Of a stretch of DNA of 64,000 bases, positions 62,560 through 64,000 are shown one piece after another. The translations under genes were made by a program, and so were the position numbers. The notes beneath the pieces are model-generated. The model did not search any database, was not told the origin of the DNA, and saw nothing but the letters and a program-made list of their open reading frames with translations. Source of the DNA: the human T2T-CHM13v2.0 reference genome, Homo sapiens; NCBI RefSeq assembly GCF_009914755.1, contig NC_060928.1; one strand, given 5' to 3'. Every line of letters starts with the position of its first letter. Positions within the stretch are counted from its first letter, which is position 1.

Positions 62560-63900
62560 CGTCACTGATGGAATGGCACATGAAATTATCTCCCACTTCC
62601 ATGTCAATGACTACTGACCTTCAAGAAAATCTAGCAGACAAAACAAGTTCTGAAGAATCATCAAATGAAATGTGTTCCCTTACAATCTCAGAAGGTGGAC
62701 GTATTTTTAAATATTCAGCAATGAGCCACTCTGCTGAAAATTTTGCATCTTATATAAGAAAGTTTAAATTTACAAAAGACAGACAAGGAAGGAAGTTTGA
62801 GGGTGGTTATTTTATTCTGATATTTTTCAGATGAAAAAACTCATATGTTCTCCGCATACAAAGGGTCTTATATTTGTTTTCAATTTCTTCAGGGATAAAA
62901 AACATAAACCATTACTTAAGAATGAGCAATAATCAGTCATGAGCAATGAGGAAACGTGAATAAAATAAACTGGACAGCAATCACAGTGTTAGATATTTAT
63001 AATTAAAGTCTGATTTGGAAAAACCAGTAACTACTTTTGTTGAAGAATAGAGACTAAATGAAGATATGGCATGTTGTTGTTGAACACATAATATACATAA
63101 TTTTGATTTTGGCAAGGCAAATGTGTTCAGAAGATCATCCAAGAAAGTTTATGAGAGCGATAATGGAAATTTTCTGCATTTGGCAGAGACCATAGTAAAA
63201 CTTGATAATATTGTGAAAGAATATTTATTCAGACTACAAACATTGGCATCAAGTAATGTGACACATCATTTAAGAAACTATATACAAAACTGAAGAGACA
63301 TTGCAGAAATGAGTCAAGTCATTTTGAATAAAAGAAATGCTAAATGTTATTCAAATTTCAAATTATTTTGGATACAGCTTATGGTGTAAGTTTGGTATAA
63401 CAAATTATAAATATTATGAATCTGATAATTCAAATGTTTCAATACCTTAAAATAAATATTTCTGAGAAAATTTTCCAGGAGATGAAACAATAAGATACAA
63501 TTTTGATGGATTCTTAAAATTCAAAATCTAGAAAGAAAATAATTCAAAGATTTGGAAGATGTCATAGTTCCCACAGATATACACAGAAAGCAACACATTT
63601 CAGTAGAAGGTACATAAAAGACAATTCTAAGGAATTCCAAATTTTAAAATTTGCTCTCCTATCTCTAATTATGAATACTTTAGAATAGAGAAAAACTTTC
63701 TTTGGCTATCATTGATCTTTTTTTGTAAGGTTTAAAATCTAAATAACTTATCTTTACTTCATCAAACTTTAGATGATATTGATAATTTATCAACCATAAA
63801 CATGAAATAAAGCATTATCAATAGTTAATGGGAAAGTTAAATTAAGGCCTTCATATCACTAAAATCTCAAAACTGTCATGCAAAACATTTACAGATTTCT
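62560..63900 (+). mobile_element. hAT-Tip100 (Zaphod-like) transposase fossil
   Basis: KFTKDRQGRKF (TTF zinc-finger lead-in), FRRSSKKVYESDNGNFLHLAETIVKLD (DUF4371-like), IILDTAYGVS; ends approximate. Confidence 0.7.
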
Positions 63901-64000
63901 TAATAGTAACATATCATCATAATAAATATATAAATTCTAGAATGCTAGAAAATAGCATACTTTCCAAAATATCTGCTTTTAAATTTATTTCCTAACTATG

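Noticed and set aside
62384-62750. Minus-strand frame DAKFSAEWLIAEYLKIRPPSEI... as another exon of the fossil gene
   Set aside because: It overlaps the plus-strand Tip100-type transposase fossil and is more simply its antisense shadow.
62880-63060. Minus-strand VYFIHVSSL as a second cold-shock motif
   Set aside because: It lies inside the hAT transposase fossil on the opposite strand, so it is likely coincidental.

Overview
AT-rich primate (human-like) genomic DNA with no intact protein-coding gene. About half the window is transposon-derived: a full-length L1PA2/3, several truncated or inverted L1s, Alus, an LTR12C solo LTR, MaLR/ERVL LTRs, and fossil Tigger1, Charlie and Tip100-type transposases. 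The main observation is a decayed, intron-containing gene on the minus strand (~60213 down to ~45870). It has at least 8 candidate exons with GT-AG signals and largely compatible phases, and one exon is split by the full-length L1. Reading by eye through stops and frameshifts gives a cold-shock/OB-like domain. This is followed, in the canonical order, by motifs resembling the N-terminal half of a eukaryote-type (cellular, two-barrel) RNA-dependent RNA polymerase, an enzyme vertebrates are generally thought to lack. The catalytic DxDGD motif was not found, and the gene appears cut off at a junction near 45870. The assignment is manual and needs profile-search confirmation.
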